From Elsinoe ampelina (Eukaryota): a DNA stretch of 64,000 nucleotides. The stretch lies in NCBI GenBank assembly GCA_010093995.1, contig ML992509.1, positions 1,263,850 through 1,327,849 of the forward strand. The letters run 5' to 3'. Positions 58,984-64,000 of the stretch are shown in pieces. Made by a program: the position numbers and the translations under genes. How positions within the stretch are numbered: position 1 is the stretch's first letter; each line of letters begins with the position of its first letter. Below the pieces are notes generated by a model. That model did not search any database. It saw only the letters and a program-made list of their open reading frames with translations, and was not told the DNA's origin.

Positions 58984-59620
58984 TGTTGTTGCTTGCGTTC
59001 ACCTCGATCGCTGAAGGAAACGAAAGGAAATGTCATGAATGTGTAGATGAAATGTCTTGGAAACATGTTGACGAAGGAGACAGCCAAAGTCTGGACCTGC
59101 ATGACGATCTCCCTTGTTGGATCTGCCGCCCGCAACCTGCCATGGACATTTGACCTTTTCCGTCTGCCGGACTCTGAACAAACTCAATTGTCCTCTTTAC
59201 CAGAAGCTGAATACTGCCATTCCTTCTTCATGTCACAAAGTCGAACCGTCTTCCCTCGGGTTTGGATATAAGGTAGGTCAGAGGCAGGAACAGAGGGCTG
59301 GTCAAGACCCTGACTTCGGACTGAGCTCCCAGCCATCTCTTTTGCGGGGATCCAGACCGCATCTTCAGGGTCGGAGGTGAGCTGTATCTTTTCCTACAAC
59401 TCCACTCCAACGGCTACGCAACGACTATACCATACCCTCTCCACCATAGACCTGGTCGCATCAACTCGAGTGAACAGTCGAGCAGTTCTCGTACCGAACA
59501 AAGAACACTCAACCACCTCAATGGCCGCATCCCCCTGAACCTGTCTCTCCCACCACCTCCGGCCCACGCAGACCACCTACCTCTTCGCCTTGCATCTTCC
59601 CATAACCTCACAGCCACAAC

Positions 59621-60151
59621 ATGTCCTCCATATTCGGCGGCTCCATCCGCTCCCACCATTCCCACCACTCCTCCCATTCCCGCAGCAAACATTCCCCAAG
59701 CAGAGTCTACATCCGTCCCTCGGCCTCGCGCTCCGCACCAAGCATCTTCTCGTCCGCCTCAGGCAGCCGCGGCCTCTTCGGCTCCTCCTCGAAACACTAC
59801 TCCTCCAGCTCGGCGTACGGGCGGAGACCAAGAGACGGCTACATCTCGTACCTCGTGCACAAACTCAAGCGATTAATAAAGGACCTTTGGCGGTACGCGC
59901 AACGACATCCGGTCAAGACATTCTTCGCGGTGATAGTGCCGCTGATATCGGCTGGAGGAGCGGTCTCGGCGCTGTTGAGGACATGGGGAGTCAGTGTCCC
60001 GTTGCTGGCGGCGTTCAATGGTGCAGGGAGTCGAGGGGGAGGAGGGTACTACGGGTCGAGTGGGTATGATGATTACGGAAGCCGATCTGGCGGCAGTGAT
60101 ATGATGGGGACGGTGGGACAGGCTTTGAAGATTGCTCAGGCGTTCATGTAA
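59621..60151 (+). CDS. Small Ser/Gly-rich hypothetical membrane-associated protein
   Basis: 176-aa ORF with codon usage like its neighbours; RRPRDGYI...RHPVKTFFAVIVPLISAGG hydrophobic segment. Confidence 0.7.
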   Translation: MSSIFGGSIRSHHSHHSSHSRSKHSPSRVYIRPSASRSAPSIFSSASGSRGLFGSSSKHYSSSSAYGRRPRDGYISYLVHKLKRLIKDLWRYAQRHPVKTFFAVIVPLISAGGAVSALLRTWGVSVPLLAAFNGAGSRGGGGYYGSSGYDDYGSRSGGSDMMGTVGQALKIAQAFM

Positions 60152-62285
60152 TAAATACAGGATGCCTCGAGGCAGGATGATTGTACATGTCATGGTTGGC
60201 TGTTTGCATAATCGTTTTTGTCTGGCCGGAGAGGGCAGCCCGGTAGAATCATAGCCTCGAGCGATCTCAATGCTTCTAAAGGTGGTCCATATCGCATTTC
60301 GCTCACACATGTCATGGTAACAATCCATGTACGTCAACAAGATGATGATCAATGTCGAAGACGTCCGTGCCATCAAAATTCGCCTCTCCATCTCTGTGAT
60401 ACCAAGTATTCAAGATGCCACTCTCCTAAGACCAGATAAACGCAGTCCAGTGAGAGCCACCGGCCTCTTCGTCAAGCATCGACCGCAACGACCCCTTGTC
60501 AATATGTACGCAAAATCTATATCGGGCCGCTTGGTGTGTAGACAATGGTACGTTGTCTTGCGTCGAAGCCGTCAGTCGTCTTGGTCTCTTCCTGCGGTGC
60601 ACAGTAATCACGTATCTTGTTGAACGACCGGGCTTGAGAACACTGGACAGTCACTCGCATTAGTGTTGCCATTTTCGGGCTGAGCAGTGATGTTAGGTGC
60701 TTTAGCTCTACAAGATGTGGTTTAAACATTGGAATGTGGCATTGCACGAGGTTGAGACTTGCCCACACTTACAATTCAGCATCTACTTACCCAGTACGTT
60801 GCAAGGGGTCTCGCAACACAATAAATTCACCTTACTGCTCTCGCACGATTAACTTGGTCGAATACGAATGATGATGGTGCCTGTGGTTGGTGAGAGTAGA
60901 AGATCATTCATCGACTCTCCCGCCAATTGGCAGGAAATCTTCCGTGCTGCAAAGCATCTCCCACCGGACGACATGGATCCTCGATGAACCATCAGCATTT
61001 CAATTGTGTAATAGCAATTCGGTTATCCATGGCTGCCCTCGTCAAGGAAAAGCTTGCAAGAATAGAGCGCATGGGGTAACTTTGCACCGTCTGATGCATG
61101 GAAGGAAATGAAACGACCCGACAGGTCATGGAAGGATGAAAAGATCCACTATTGATAAGCGCATTCCGTGTCGATGTCGCCGATCGATATGCTCGAGGTA
61201 GCAGTCATTTGCATAGGCTTACCAGGACGGGCAAAGCGCTACGCACCAGTCGACCGTCAGCGTTTAGGCCGATCATCAAATCGTCAAGGATGCGGCGGAT
61301 CCGAGCGAGACGGGCGGGAAGAGAGCGACCACGGGTGAAGAGGGTAAATAACTTCAACAAGGACAGGATACAATCTTGATGTCCAGGACGAGGATCACGG
61401 CTGGCGCCGAAGGCTTCTGTCTCTCCGTCGTGGATCGTTCGACTTGGTTAACATCTTCTACCAAACATGACAATATGCAGACGGGCCGTGTAAAAAACCA
61501 ACAGAGACGACATTGGATCCTGCACGGACCGGCCGATTACATTGAACCATCTTTCGAAAAGAGGCACTTATTCCCGCGAGCACCGAAGCTTGTATAGCAA
61601 ATGAAACACAAACAATACGAGGGCACAGCTTGTGCGACCAGCCATTGCTCGCGAGAAAGCTTTCGACCCGACAATCGTATAGCCAGACGACTATACCGAC
61701 TGCCTCTATTTCATGCTCGAGACGTCGTCAGAGCTGCACGGCAGGTTGTGAGCCGTTGTTGCTTCTTCCCAAAGCTTGATAGCGAGATCGCCGCATCTGT
61801 GTAGGAAGCAAGCTCGTGTGACGTCCCGACGCCACGCCGTACAAGCACTAGACTATGTTCTGATAGCGCTTGGCTGCCCAGCAAATCAAATTGCCCGCCA
61901 GAGACCCTCCCTCCCAAGGATCGACGGCGCAAAATCGCTGCCATGTCAGCTCTCCGGACTCTACCTACGGCGCGACACCGACAGGATCAAGTCCTCGCTG
62001 CCACCCACAGAGTTCAGGTCATAAAAGCCCTTCCGAGACCCCCAGACCATGGTCGGATCCGTTCACGACCACGGTATCAGCCCGCGATAACGGTGTGACG
62101 AACTTTCTTTGCGCCCACTACGTCGTAAATAAAGCCAAAGGGTCCTGCTTGTGTACGACTACATTTACCTGGACACCAGCTCATTGCGTGGGACACTTGA
62201 CTGGATCTGAGCTTGCCCCAGCCTCGCGTCTACCACTCCGACGCAGACAGTACGCAGCCCATACAAGAGCAGGACATCCACAATC

Positions 62286-64000
62286 ATGGACGCGGAGAAG
62301 ACCGGCAATGTCAAGAGTGCAGACTCATCGCCGGTGGGTAGAGAAACCTCTGCAGAGTTTGGCAGCTCGCAACCGCACAACCGGGGCATATTCACTCGCA
62401 TGGTCGATAGCTTCAAGCGCGATCCAAATGCTCACGCGACACCGAAAGGTGCCATTGGCGCAAATGGCAAGGTAAGGGGCCTCTCGCACTCCTGATAAGA
62501 GCTCTATCTGACTACCATCAAGGTCTTCGATGTCGAGTCCGCCGTTGCGAACACCGCAAACTCCCCTCTGGAACGCAAGCTGAAGGGTCGCCATCTTCAA
62601 ATGATTGCTATCGGAGGTTCGATCGGTACAGGTCTCTTCGTCGGTTCAGGTTCCGTTCTCGCCAATGGTGGTCCAGCCTCTGTCATCATTGCCTACTGCA
62701 TCATTGGTGTCATGTTGTACTGCACTGTGCATGCTCTGGGTGAGATGGCTGTCCTGTTCCCCGTCGCGGGTTCCTTCTCTGCCTACTCGACTCGCTTCCT
62801 CGATCCTGCCTGGGGTTTCGCCATGGGTTGGAACTACGCCATGCAATGGCTTGTAGTCTTGCCTCTGGAAATTGTCGCCGCGACTTTGACAATCGAGTTC
62901 TGGAATCAAGGGCGATTGGATGTGAACGGCTTCATCGCTGTCTTCCTCGTCCTTATCATCTCTATCAACTTGTTCGGTGTCCGCGGATACGGTGAGGCAG
63001 AGTTCGTCTTCTCCTCCATCAAGGTTATTGCGGTCATTGGCTTCATCATCCTCGGTATCATCATCAATGTGGGCGGCGCACCCGACGGCGAGTACATCGG
63101 AGGCCGCTACTGGAATGATCCAGGTGCCTTCCACAATGGTTTCAAGGGCCTCTGTTCGGTCTTCGTCTCCGCCGCCTTCGCTTTCGCTGGAACCGAGCTG
63201 GTTGGTCTTGCAGCTGCCGAAACTGCCAACCCGCGCAAGTCCCTCCCCACCGCTGTCAAGCAGGTCTTCTGGCGTATCGCGCTCTTCTATGTCATCTCTC
63301 TTACCATTGTCGGTCTGCTGGTCCCATACAACGAGCCCCGCCTCCTCACCGGATCCTCTTCTGTCGATGCCACCGCCTCACCATTCGTCATTGCTATCCA
63401 GAACGCCGGGATCTCCGGCCTTCCCTCTGTCATGAACGTAGTCATCATGATTGCTGTACTCTCCGTCGGTAACTCCTCCGTTTATGGTTCCTCACGTACT
63501 CTCGCCGCTCTCGCCGAACAGGGCCAAGCCCCCAGAATCCTCGGCTACATCGACCGCCGAGGCCGCCCCATCGTCGCCATCGGTCTCGCCTCGGCCATTG
63601 GCTTCCTCTCATTCATTGGCGCAAGTGACAAGTCTTCTGACGCATTCCTCTGGATGCTTGCCCTCTCCGGTCTCTCGTCCATCTTCACCTGGGGCTCCAT
63701 CTGTCTCGCCCACATTCGTTTCCGTGCCGGTTGGAAGAAGCAGGGCCACTCCCTCGACGAGCTTGCCTTTACTTCCCAGCCTGGCGTCATCGGCAGCTGG
63801 ATCGGTTTCCTTCTCAACTGTATCGTGCTCATCGCCCAGTTCTGGACCGGAATTTGGCCTATTGGATACGGTGACCTCGGCCCAGCGGGTCAAGCAGAGA
63901 GTTTCTTCTCTGGCGGGTACGTTTCTTCGTTCCTATTTTCGCTCTTCGATCATATACTAATCAGTCCAGATATCTCGCCGCAGCAGTCGTCCTGGCTTTC
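62286..64000 (+). CDS. Amino-acid permease (YAT family, Gap1-like), 3' end cut by the window
   Basis: Exon 62286-62471, intron 62472-62522, then LERKLKGRHLQMIAIGGSIGTGLF, GYGEAEF and FAFAGTELVGLAAAE; another intron near 63917-63969. Confidence 0.93.

Overview
A gene-dense 64 kb segment of a filamentous ascomycete (Pezizomycotina) genome; a Dothideomycete is my guess from gene style and roughly 50-nt introns. I can support 23 protein-coding genes, mostly housekeeping: Cym1 presequence protease, taxilin-like protein, Kin28/CDK7, Fyv4, Trm112, Mpc1, a C2-domain protein, an M20 peptidase, a Zn2Cys6 factor, a HET-domain protein, an HCNGP-like protein, proteasome beta-6, a PTH11-like receptor, a second M16 protease, Zw10/Dsl1, an arylsulfotransferase, a methionine permease, a Ppk16-like kinase, GGTase-I beta, an amino-acid permease cut off by the window end, and three hypothetical proteins. 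Exon structures were worked out by hand. The most interesting non-coding signal is a structured minus-strand locus at about 15.4-16.3 kb between two convergent genes. It holds a good H/ACA snoRNA candidate enclosed by a 14-bp stem, and a second long-stem domain with a telomerase-like pseudoknot motif but no template on that strand. Other points: a 5-nt micro-exon inside the Zn2Cys6 motif, two GC-AG introns, FAD-monooxygenase and GST pseudogene remnants, a possible sulfur-scavenging gene pair, and a repeated C-rich to G-rich switch near gene 3' ends. No transposon, rRNA, intact tRNA or CRISPR array was recognised. All family calls come from recognising motifs by eye; no database search or folding program was run.
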